A stretch of DNA of 64,000 bases, from positions 23,371 through 87,370 of the forward strand of contig CARVLU010000004.1 in assembly GCA_949082785.1 (NCBI GenBank), written 5' to 3'. How positions within the stretch are numbered: the stretch's first letter is position 1; every line of letters starts with the position of its first letter. This document shows, piece after piece, positions 28,601 through 35,856 of the stretch. This DNA is from an uncultured Alphaproteobacteria bacterium (GTDB lineage Bacteria > Pseudomonadota > Alphaproteobacteria > Rs-D84). The notes below the pieces were generated by a model that was not told where the DNA came from, made no database searches, and saw only the letters and a list, made by a program, of their open reading frames with translations. The translations under genes were made by a program, and so were the position numbers.

Positions 28601-29769
28601 CGGATAATGTTATAAATTTCAATCAACGCTTCTTCGCGGTTGGTGGTCTTGTCGGCCATCAAAGTGTTGCGGATATGCGCGCTGATGGTGGCATTGTCGA
28701 TGGAAATCAGGGAAATGTTTTTAATATCCCGCTTTTCCAAATCGGCCAAAACTTCTTCTGTGATTTCGGTACCGGCCGGGAACAACACTTCGTCGCCAAC
28801 CATAATCGGGTCGAACAGATATTCGCCAATCAGGGCATCTGTGGCCACGCCGAATTCTTTGGACGCGGCCATAATTTTGGCCAAACGTTTTGCATTCAAA
28901 CGGTCGCCCTTGGACGCCAAAACTTTCTTGTCCTTGGGGTTAACAATATCGTAATTCAGGCGATATTTATCCAACCCTTCGAATGTGGCGGTTTCACCAA
29001 CCCACAGTTTGCCGTCAAAGGCCAACGGGATACGCTGATAAAACGCGGACAAGATTTCAGTTTCACTCATCCCGCGGATGGATGTCTTGCGCGGGTCGGC
29101 CAACCATTTCTTTTCATCTTCGGCCGCCGGCAGACAACGCAACAACACCGTTGCCGGGATTTTGCGGCGACGGTCGATGCGGACATAGATAACGCCCTTG
29201 GCTTCTTCGAAATCAATCCAGCTGCCATGTTCGGGGATGATACGCGCTGTATACGTAACCGGGTTCCCAGCGACCTTGGATTCTTTGGTCGTACCGAACA
29301 CAACACCCTGGGCGCGGTGCATCTGGGAAACGATAACACGTTCGACGCCCGATGCGATAAAGCTGCCGCGTTCAGTCATCAGCGGCACTTCGCCCATAAA
29401 TATTTCTTGTTCCTTGATATCGCGCAAAGACTTCTTACCATCTTCTGCAACATCCCATAAAATCAATCTCAGCTTCAATTTCAGCTTGCTGGAATACGTC
29501 ATATTACGCAGCATGCATTCTTTTACGTTATAGACAGGCTTGTCCAAAGTATATTCGACAAATTCCAGGTCTGCGACGCCGGCATAATCCTTGATCGGAA
29601 ACATGGATGAAAATACATTCTGCAACCCAATATTTTTACGGTTTTGTGGGTCAACATCAGCCTGCAAGAAATCTTTGTAAGAATTATATTGAATTTCAAC
29701 TAAATCAGGAAGCGGAGTTTGCAAAAAACTTTTACCAAAAGATTTTCTAAGTTTCTGGATAACTGCCAT
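25633..29769 (-). CDS. rpoB: DNA-directed RNA polymerase subunit beta
   Basis: MAVIQKLRKSFGKSFLQTPLPDLVEIQYNSYKDFLQ...; 1378 aa; follows rplL. Confidence 0.95.
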   Translation of the reverse strand: MAVIQKLRKSFGKSFLQTPLPDLVEIQYNSYKDFLQADVDPQNRKNIGLQNVFSSMFPIKDYAGVADLEFVEYTLDKPVYNVKECMLRNMTYSSKLKLKLRLILWDVAEDGKKSLRDIKEQEIFMGEVPLMTERGSFIASGVERVIVSQMHRAQGVVFGTTKESKVAGNPVTYTARIIPEHGSWIDFEEAKGVIYVRIDRRRKIPATVLLRCLPAAEDEKKWLADPRKTSIRGMSETEILSAFYQRIPLAFDGKLWVGETATFEGLDKYRLNYDIVNPKDKKVLASKGDRLNAKRLAKIMAASKEFGVATDALIGEYLFDPIMVGDEVLFPAGTEITEEVLADLEKRDIKNISLISIDNATISAHIRNTLMADKTTNREEALIEIYNIIRPGERPTLEAAINLFLRQGFEAAYYDLSAVGRFKMNKRLKIESGKKPEDERLLTKADFLAVLKTLTNIIDRKDVVDDIDNLSNRRVRTVGELLEQNFRTGMVRIERLVREALSSPNIANMQPQDVINVKPLMSLVSEFLGTSQLSQFMDAYNPLAELEHKRRISALGPGGLNRDRAGIDVRDVHPTHYGRLCPIHTPEGANIGLINHLAAYARVNPYGFIETPYYVVENSKITDKIVYLTADEELGHKIAQGNTPTTAAGILSEDVVTARVDGEFTMVPKEEIDLIDVEPRQVMSIATGLIPFVESDDANRALMGSNMQRQAVPLLRVEAPLVGTGIEREVARDSRTGKVAKHSGVVESVDANRIVVKCMNSRNVVTGVDIYNLEKFERSNSETLIHQKPLVKVGDRISAGDIIADGSSMNYGELALGRNVLVAFMPWRGYNYEDSIVISERISRDDVYTSVKIVEKEFKVRDTQLGPESFTRDIPNVSEEALKNLDESGIIYVGARVKQGDILVGRVSPKSETLLTPEEALLRNIFGEKALNVKDTSLRVGPNEEGTVIGVNVLTRHGVKKDERTQMIELQKIEKINKDREEEIAIIEKGFADQIFQIAEGAVIDAGTGSLKPFVGKKLTEEVFEGIRPADMKKIVVRNKEAQTRIDELREQHIIKLKLLNEKADAEVAKATESNSLNAGVLKEVKVYIAHKMKLQPGDKMAGRHGNKGIVSKVVPIEDMPHLADGTPVDLVLNPLGVPSRMNIGQILETHLGMAARTLGQQIGDVLEEVKQKRAVTDDLRSVMGKVYGKDVSEKLDKMTDTDVRAEAALLRNGVPMATPTFDGATPEDIRRMLKLAKLPETGQFTLYDGMTGEKFARPVTVGVMYMLKLHHFVDEKIHARSIGNYSLVTQQPLSGKAHMGGQRLGEMEVWALEAHGAAHLLREMLTVKSDDIAGRNKMYESIISGSNDIQTGTPEAFNVFVRELRGLGLAMTPKKID

Positions 29770-29939
29770 GTTTTGAATCCTTTCTTTTTTGTGTTTTGCA
29801 AACGAAAAAGTTTGCGAATTATTCGCTGTCCCTTTTTACGCCTGTATGCCCGCCTGGGATATACAGCATCCCAAGCGGGCGGCGAAATCGCAAATTTGCG
29901 ATTTTACAGATTGGTGGGACCGAACCGGTCCCGGCAGAA
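29770..29939 (-). promoter_or_regulatory. rplL-rpoB intergenic attenuator region
   Basis: Minus-strand hairpins ccgggaccggttcggtcccacc, atcgcaaatttgcgat and cccgcttgggatgctgtatatcccaggcggg. Partial terminators at this position are conserved in bacteria. Confidence 0.4.
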
Positions 29940-30305
29940 TTATTTCAATTCCACCTTCGCGCCAGCGGCTTCCAAGGTCGCTTTCAGCTTTTCAGCTTCG
30001 TCCTTGCTGGCGGCTTCTTTGACAGCCTTCGGTGCGGATTCGACCAAAGCTTTCGCTTCGCCCAAGCCCAAACCTGTGATGTCTTTCACAGCCTTGATGA
30101 CAGCCAATTTGTTCGCACCGGCTTCAGCCAGGATAACGTCAAATTCTGTCTTTTCTTCTGCGGCGGCCGCTGCCGGACCTGCTGCAACTGCAACAGCTGC
30201 GGCGGCGCTAACGCCCCATGTTTCTTCCAACGCTTTGGACAGTTCAACAGCTTCCAAAACGGACAATTTGGACAATTCTTCAACCAATTTCTGAATGTCT
30301 GCCAT
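29940..30305 (-). CDS. rplL: 50S ribosomal protein L7/L12
   Basis: [37 protein letters not shown]... Confidence 0.95.
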   Translation of the reverse strand: MADIQKLVEELSKLSVLEAVELSKALEETWGVSAAAAVAVAAGPAAAAAEEKTEFDVILAEAGANKLAVIKAVKDITGLGLGEAKALVESAPKAVKEAASKDEAEKLKATLEAAGAKVELK

Positions 30306-30350
30306 TTTATACTCCTATTCGGGTGATTTGCAGAATGTTTCCATTCTGTA

Positions 30351-30848
30351 TTATTGTTCTTTTTTTCCATACTCTGCGGATACACGGGCCAGGCGCGACG
30401 CCGGTTCGACCAAGATACGCGCGATTGTGCCACGGATTTCCAACAGGGACGGAAGCTTGGATAATTGCATAACGCCGTCTGTATCCAGAAGTTCCGCGTC
30501 CATTTTACCACCAACGATGGTCAGATTAGGATGGGCTTCGGCAAATTTGGCCAAAACCTTGGTCACGGCCAGCGCGTCTGTCGCAACGGCGACGGCGGTG
30601 GGCCGCTTCATCAAATCGGAAACGGGTGCAAAGTCGGTGTCTTTCAACGCCAACTTCATCAAACGGTTTTTAACGACTTTGAACACAGAAACCAGGCCAC
30701 GCAATTCGTTACGCAGACCTTCCATTTCTTTAACGGTCAAGCCATGGTTTTCAACAACGAAAACCCCGTTCGCTTCTTTCAGGGACGACTGTAACGCTGA
30801 AATCAAATCTGATTTTTCTTCGCGTCTCATTTTGTCATTTTCCTTCAA
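30351..30848 (-). CDS. rplJ: 50S ribosomal protein L10
   Basis: L10 family. The true start may be the internal MRREEKSD (30830). Confidence 0.9.
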   Translation of the reverse strand: MKENDKMRREEKSDLISALQSSLKEANGVFVVENHGLTVKEMEGLRNELRGLVSVFKVVKNRLMKLALKDTDFAPVSDLMKRPTAVAVATDALAVTKVLAKFAEAHPNLTIVGGKMDAELLDTDGVMQLSKLPSLLEIRGTIARILVEPASRLARVSAEYGKKEQ

Positions 30849-31046
30849 GCTTCTTTGTTTAACTTTCCATCCCGGGTTGCCCCGGGGTGGGGCTGTGTCC
30901 CATCCGGTTTCGCGGACGGGGCTGGTTCCTGCCCCAAAGAATTTTTTCTTTGTCTATGATGGCGTTTTGTTTAAGCGTTTGACCGCACCATCAGTCTTGG
31001 ACAGAAATCTGTTTTACCATCCGGCGCATCCGCCGGATGGCATGGA
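30849..31046 (-). promoter_or_regulatory. rplJ (L10) leader region
   Basis: ~200 nt GC-rich structured untranslated region between rplA and rplJ, the position of the L10(L12)4 autoregulatory leader. Confidence 0.45.
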
Positions 31047-31721
31047 TTATTTCACATCGACTTTCAAGCCCGGGCCCTGGGTGGTCGCAACCGCGCAACC
31101 CAAGATGTACTGACCCTTGCTGGATGCCGGTTTGACCTTTTTCAGCTGTTCAATCAACGCGGTCGCGTTTTCAACCAGCTTTTGTGTGTCAAACGACATT
31201 TTACCGATACCGGCGTGGATGATACCTTTCTTTTCCGCACGGTATTCAATCTGCCCCGCCTTGGCTGTTGCAACAGCTTCGGCAACGTTGTTTGTAACCG
31301 TACCCAGTTTCGGGTTCGGCATCAAACCTTTGGGCCCCAAGATACGTGCAACCTTGGACATTTTCGGCATCATGTCGGGCGTTGCGATAACGCGGTCGAA
31401 ATTGATTTCGCCGGCCGCGACTTTTTCAATCAAATCTTCGCCACCAACGACATCGGCACCGGCCTTTTTGGCTTCGTCCTGGGAATTGGCGGTAAAGACC
31501 GCAACGCGGACAGTTTTACCCGTGCCATTCGGCAGGGACAACATACCACGGATGTTCTGGTCAGCCTTGGCTACATCGATGCCCAAACGGACGGCGATTT
31601 CCAAGCTTTCATCGAACTTCTTGGAACAATACGGACGCAACGCTTCGATTGCATCGGCGATGGACCAGACTTTATCTGTATCCAAATTTGCCCAAGTTTT
31701 TTGTCTTTTTGTAACTTTCAT
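31047..31721 (-). CDS. rplA: 50S ribosomal protein L1
   Basis: MKVTKRQKTWANLDTDKVWSIADAIEALR... Confidence 0.95.
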   Translation of the reverse strand: MKVTKRQKTWANLDTDKVWSIADAIEALRPYCSKKFDESLEIAVRLGIDVAKADQNIRGMLSLPNGTGKTVRVAVFTANSQDEAKKAGADVVGGEDLIEKVAAGEINFDRVIATPDMMPKMSKVARILGPKGLMPNPKLGTVTNNVAEAVATAKAGQIEYRAEKKGIIHAGIGKMSFDTQKLVENATALIEQLKKVKPASSKGQYILGCAVATTQGPGLKVDVK

Positions 31722-31724
31722 ATC

Positions 31725-32156
31725 TTATTCCCCCACCTTTACGCCCATGGAACGGCACTGACCGGCGACGATGTTCATCGCAGATTCAATGGTAGAGCAA
31801 TTCAAGTCCGGCATTTTCGCTTCGGCAATCTGTTTGATTTGGTCCTGGGAAATGGTCCCGACGAAATCACGGCCCGGTTTGTGGGACCCGATTTTCAGCT
31901 TCAACGCCTTTTTGATGTAATACGACACCGGCGGCAGCTTCATGATAAATTCAAAGCTGCGGTCTGTATAAACCGTGATGATGCACGGAATCGGCATGCC
32001 CGGTTCCTTGTCCGCGGTTTTGTCGTTAAACTGTTTGCAGAATTCGGCGATATTCACGCCGGCCGCACCCAACGCCGGCCCAATCGGAGGCGCAGGATTC
32101 GCTTGTTTTGCGGGAACGACCAGTTTGACCACTCCCTTTACTTCTTTTTTTGCCAT
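31725..32156 (-). CDS. rplK: 50S ribosomal protein L11
   Basis: [30 protein letters not shown]... Confidence 0.95.
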   Translation of the reverse strand: MAKKEVKGVVKLVVPAKQANPAPPIGPALGAAGVNIAEFCKQFNDKTADKEPGMPIPCIITVYTDRSFEFIMKLPPVSYYIKKALKLKIGSHKPGRDFVGTISQDQIKQIAEAKMPDLNCSTIESAMNIVAGQCRSMGVKVGE

Positions 32157-32414
32157 TTTTTCACTCCATTTGTTTGGTTCGTGTTGTGGTACGATGTGGC
32201 GCATCTACCACAGGTTTGCGATTTTTACAAAAACCGCACAAAAAACTCTTGTCCTACCCAGCGTTGCTTTGCCTTTAATCTGGCATAATATTCTGTAATC
32301 GCCTTTCGTGCCCAATCCGGATTTTTCGCCCTGAACCCGGATATGATGAATGCCACCGTAACCATATCTTTCAGCTTTTCTTTACACGGTGCAATCCACG
32401 TAAACTTTTTCATC

Positions 32415-32948
32415 TTATACTCTTTCAACCTGCGTAAAGTCCAATTCAACACTGGTTTCACGACCAAAGACCAAAATGGTCACGGTCATTTTTTGTTTCA
32501 AATTATCCACTTCGGACGCGATACCGTTAAAGTTCGCGAACGGTCCGTCGATAACATGAACTTCCTGGCCTACTTCGTATTCGACGTCATCCATGATAAC
32601 GGCGCCTTCTTCGACCTGCTTTTGCAGACGACGTGCTTCTTCTTCGCTGACGGCGATGGGCTTGTTTTTCTGGCCCAGGAACATAACCACCTGGGGCATT
32701 AATTTCACCAAAGAAAACGTTTCATTGGTCAACACCATCTGAACGACGATATAGCCCGGAAAAAACTTCTTTTCAGATTTAACGCGTTTGCCGGCTTTAA
32801 CTTCTGTGACTTCGCGTGTGGGAACCAAAATTTCCCCAAACAGCGCGTTCAAACGACGCTTGTCAATTTGTTCGCGCAAGCCGCGCGCAACCTTGTCTTC
32901 GCAGCCCGTATGAACATTCACGACAAACCACTGCATTTTGCCTTCCAT
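32415..32948 (-). CDS. nusG: transcription termination/antitermination factor NusG
   Basis: MEGKMQWFVVNVHTGCEDKV...FPGYIVVQM...KOW region GQEVHVIDGPFANFNG. The start may be 32936. Confidence 0.9.
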   Translation of the reverse strand: MEGKMQWFVVNVHTGCEDKVARGLREQIDKRRLNALFGEILVPTREVTEVKAGKRVKSEKKFFPGYIVVQMVLTNETFSLVKLMPQVVMFLGQKNKPIAVSEEEARRLQKQVEEGAVIMDDVEYEVGQEVHVIDGPFANFNGIASEVDNLKQKMTVTILVFGRETSVELDFTQVERV

Positions 32949-32967
32949 ATGCACTTCCTTTGCCCGT

Positions 32968-33147
32968 TTAGAAAATCCAACCAACAATCGCATTCAGCAG
33001 ACTGTCCACCAGAAAGAAGAACAGCGCCGCCAAACCAGAAAACACCAGAATCATAATAGTGGTACGCACAACAGTATCGCGCGACGGCCAAACAATTTTG
33101 AACCATTCGCTGCGGACTGATTTGATATATTCTAGCAATTTCTTCAT
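32968..33147 (-). CDS. secE: preprotein translocase subunit SecE
   Basis: MKKLLEYIKSVRSEWFKIVWPSRDTVVRTTIMILVFSGLAALFFFLVDSLLNAIVGWIF (59 aa). Lies between tRNA-Trp and nusG. Confidence 0.8.
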   Translation of the reverse strand: MKKLLEYIKSVRSEWFKIVWPSRDTVVRTTIMILVFSGLAALFFFLVDSLLNAIVGWIF

Positions 33148-33225
33148 AAATAAAAATCCGGTTTTTATCAGTATTCCTGGCGTTTTTTTTGCGACCACAT
33201 GACATCCAAATTCCACCCAGAAATT

Positions 33226-33299
33226 TGGCAGGGGCAGAAGGAATCGAACCCTCATCCGCGGTTTTGGAGACCGATATTCTACCGTTGAACTATGCCCCT
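33226..33299 (-). tRNA. tRNA-Trp (anticodon CCA)
   Basis: AGGGGCATAGTTCAACGGTAGAATATCGGTCTCCAAAACCGCGGATGAGGGTTCGATTCCTTCTGCCCCTGCCA aligns with bacterial tRNA-Trp. Conserved position upstream of secE. Confidence 0.85.
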
Positions 33300-33573
33300 G
33301 TTTTGTATCAGCGACAAATTCACACAGGCCCAAAAATCACCCGCACTTTATCTGTCCCCCATACCGCTTTACGCCAGTAGCCTGCGCTACAATAGCACAA
33401 ACATTCCAGAAATCAAGCGGAAAGTATTATAAGACTTTAATCGCCCCAGCGCAAGCGATTTTTCACATCCGCCGCAGAATTCGTTGCCCAAAATCGCATT
33501 TTTGCCACACTTTTCGCTTGCGCAGGCGCTTATTTTTTGGCTACAATCTTTTTAATAGAAGGGAGAACGCATC

Positions 33574-34233
33574 GTGGCCGATAGGATAGAGCCGCCAATT
33601 TTACTGTCCAGACTGATGACATTTGTCTTTGCCGCCGCGCTGGTCGTGGTGGTGGTTTTGGTGGTCACACTGGCCAAAATGTTTCCGCTGAACCGGCCCC
33701 AAATTTTCTTTTTGACGACGCAGCCGCGTTCTGATTTGGAAATCCGACTGTACCCCATGACGCCGCGCGACGAAAACGTCGATATTTACAAGCGCAGCTT
33801 TATCAAGGAATATATCAAGGCCCGCAACGAAATCATCCCGAACGTCGGCGTCATGCGGCGCAAGTGGTCAAATACCGACGACGGCATCGTGAACATGTGG
33901 TCCACGCCCGATGTTTATGCCGCCCTGACCCAGACGGATTTGTGGACCGCGTACATGAACGACGTGCCCGATACGGAATTCTATTGTCCGGTGGAATTTG
34001 CGCCCAATGCCATCGCACCGCGTTCCGACGACACCTATGCGGTCAGTTTTACGTATTTTTGTACAAATAATAATGGACAGACCGATAAAAAAGATTATAC
34101 AATCGTAATCAGATTGGAATCTGACGAAAATCCAACCATTAAATGGGGGGACCGCCTGAACAACCCGCTGGGGATTCGCGTGGCCGAATATACGGTCGAA
34201 TCCGGGAACGGCGACCCATTGGACTTTAAATAA
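33574..34233 (+). CDS. virB8: type IV secretion system protein VirB8
   Basis: GTG start with aagggag ribosome-binding site; N-terminal TM; C-terminal NTF2-like domain ending ...NNPLGIRVAEYTVESGNG, which matches the VirB8 signature NPLGFQVSEYR. Confidence 0.85.
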   Translation: MADRIEPPILLSRLMTFVFAAALVVVVVLVVTLAKMFPLNRPQIFFLTTQPRSDLEIRLYPMTPRDENVDIYKRSFIKEYIKARNEIIPNVGVMRRKWSNTDDGIVNMWSTPDVYAALTQTDLWTAYMNDVPDTEFYCPVEFAPNAIAPRSDDTYAVSFTYFCTNNNGQTDKKDYTIVIRLESDENPTIKWGDRLNNPLGIRVAEYTVESGNGDPLDFK

Positions 34234-34274
34234 TACCGGCACCGTCAGAAGACACAGTAAGGAAAGGGACCATA

Positions 34275-35810
34275 ATGACTTTTTCAAAAGCATTGAAATT
34301 AAACGTATCCGTGATTTGCCTGGGGGCGTTGTGCTGTGCAATGCCGGCGACGGCCGCCGAATACGGGGTTCAGTCGGCGTGGGACAATCCCAACGCAAAC
34401 ATGGCCGCCGGCAGTATTAAGCCCGGCTATGCCCAACTGGCGTGGTCCGCGGGTAATGTTTTACCGATTAAATTGCGCAACGGCATGGTGACAATGGTCA
34501 CATTGCCCAACGGCGAACAAATCGCCGACGCCCAGATTGGGAACGGGGGCCTGTTTGATATCCAGGCGACCCAGGGCGAACGCACCATGTTCATCAGCCC
34601 CATGCCGGACAACTTGGGGTCGGACACAAACCTGATTGTGATTGGCAAATCGGGCAACGTTTATACATTTTATCTGCGCAGCGAACCTTCGAATTCCAGT
34701 GAAATTACACATTCCCAGGTGGACGTCGTCCTGGACGGCAACGCCAGTTTGCCGATGGCATCCGCGGCCAGCACCACATCCGGCGGCGGCATGAATTCGC
34801 TGTTTAAAAAGAAATCATCCACCCCATCGACCGTCGGCGTTGACGGCGAAGATTACGGTTGGATTAAATCGATGAAAATCGACCCGTCGGAATTCCGCTT
34901 TGACCTGGACATTTTTGTCCCCAATCCGGATGATTACGTCATTGCGCCCGAACGCGTATGGCGCGACCGCATTTTCACATACATTGATTTCGGGGACAAG
35001 GTTATTTCCATGACCCAGCGTCCCGTGGTATCCCTGTTGGTCGAAGGGGGCGAATCCCCGGTCGGATTCCGCACCGACGGCGAAGATGGGCGCCTGTTGA
35101 TTGTAGAAGCGGTGGGCGACATGGTCCTGCGCAGTGGCCAGCGTATTGTTTGCATTAAAAAGCGTGAAAAACCGTTCCTGATTGCGGATACCGCGTCCGT
35201 TATGGCCCTGGCAGAAGCGAACGTGGCCCAATCCATGATGTCCGGCCAATCGTTGAACAACATTGCATACAACGCCGACCTGGCCGCGATGAGTGGGTCT
35301 GTCAACAACTATACCACAACCCCGATGTTTTCTTACAACGGGGCGGCACCGCAACAAATGAACGCCGGCGTTTATGGCGGGTATTATGCGCCGACGGGAT
35401 ATAACGCACCGGCACCGACATCGTCTGGTGTTTCCATGTTGCCGACGCAACGCAACACGGCGGGCGCCTATTTACCCCAGACAAACATCCCATTGATTAC
35501 CAGCAACCAAACCGGCGTTGCGGTGGAATTGAAATCCGATACCTCGGTCAAGGCGTTAAATGATTACTGGACGGGTCTGCTGGCGAAATTCAGCGGCGAA
35601 GACGGCCAGGGTCTGCTGACCCCGTACAAAGACAGCGTATTCTTTGCTGTCGATGAACAGGGTGTGGGCGACCTGGGGGCGGATTCTTCGACGGCGCGCC
35701 TGTATCGTCTGCGCATTGGTCCGATGTCCGACATCGACACTGCCCAGCGTTTGTGCGACCAGATGCTGAAATTCAGCGGCACCAGCTGTCATGTCGTTCG
35801 CATCCAGTAA
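34275..35810 (+). CDS. virB9: VirB9/TrbG/CagX-family T4SS protein with ~230 aa C-terminal extension ending in a SPOR-like domain
   Basis: Signal peptide. VirB9 N-terminal domain (...VTMVTLPNGEQIADAQIGNGGLFDIQATQGERTMFISPM...TNLIVIGKSGNVYTFYL) and C-terminal beta-sandwich (...RIFTYIDFGD...GRLLIVEAVGDMVLRSGQRIVCI). Low-complexity N/Q/Y-rich linker, then ...VFFAVDEQG...RLYRLRIGPMSDIDTAQRLCDQMLKFSGTSCHVVRIQ (SPOR-like). Confidence 0.8.
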   Translation: MTFSKALKLNVSVICLGALCCAMPATAAEYGVQSAWDNPNANMAAGSIKPGYAQLAWSAGNVLPIKLRNGMVTMVTLPNGEQIADAQIGNGGLFDIQATQGERTMFISPMPDNLGSDTNLIVIGKSGNVYTFYLRSEPSNSSEITHSQVDVVLDGNASLPMASAASTTSGGGMNSLFKKKSSTPSTVGVDGEDYGWIKSMKIDPSEFRFDLDIFVPNPDDYVIAPERVWRDRIFTYIDFGDKVISMTQRPVVSLLVEGGESPVGFRTDGEDGRLLIVEAVGDMVLRSGQRIVCIKKREKPFLIADTASVMALAEANVAQSMMSGQSLNNIAYNADLAAMSGSVNNYTTTPMFSYNGAAPQQMNAGVYGGYYAPTGYNAPAPTSSGVSMLPTQRNTAGAYLPQTNIPLITSNQTGVAVELKSDTSVKALNDYWTGLLAKFSGEDGQGLLTPYKDSVFFAVDEQGVGDLGADSSTARLYRLRIGPMSDIDTAQRLCDQMLKFSGTSCHVVRIQ

Positions 35811-35856
35811 CGAATTTTTTGGGGACCGCGCGCACCGCGGCGGGGAACGGTAACAT

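Noticed and set aside
25018-29460. Long plus-strand ORFs (e.g. 25018-26139, 26611-27750, 27862-29460) and many shorter ones inside rpoB/rpoC
   Set aside because: They lie antisense to unmistakable rpoB/rpoC coding sequence. Stop-poor antisense frames of this kind are typical artefacts, and none shows a recognisable protein pattern.
31182-32288. 368 aa plus-strand ORF
   Set aside because: Antisense to rplA/rplK; Cys/Arg-rich nonsense translation.
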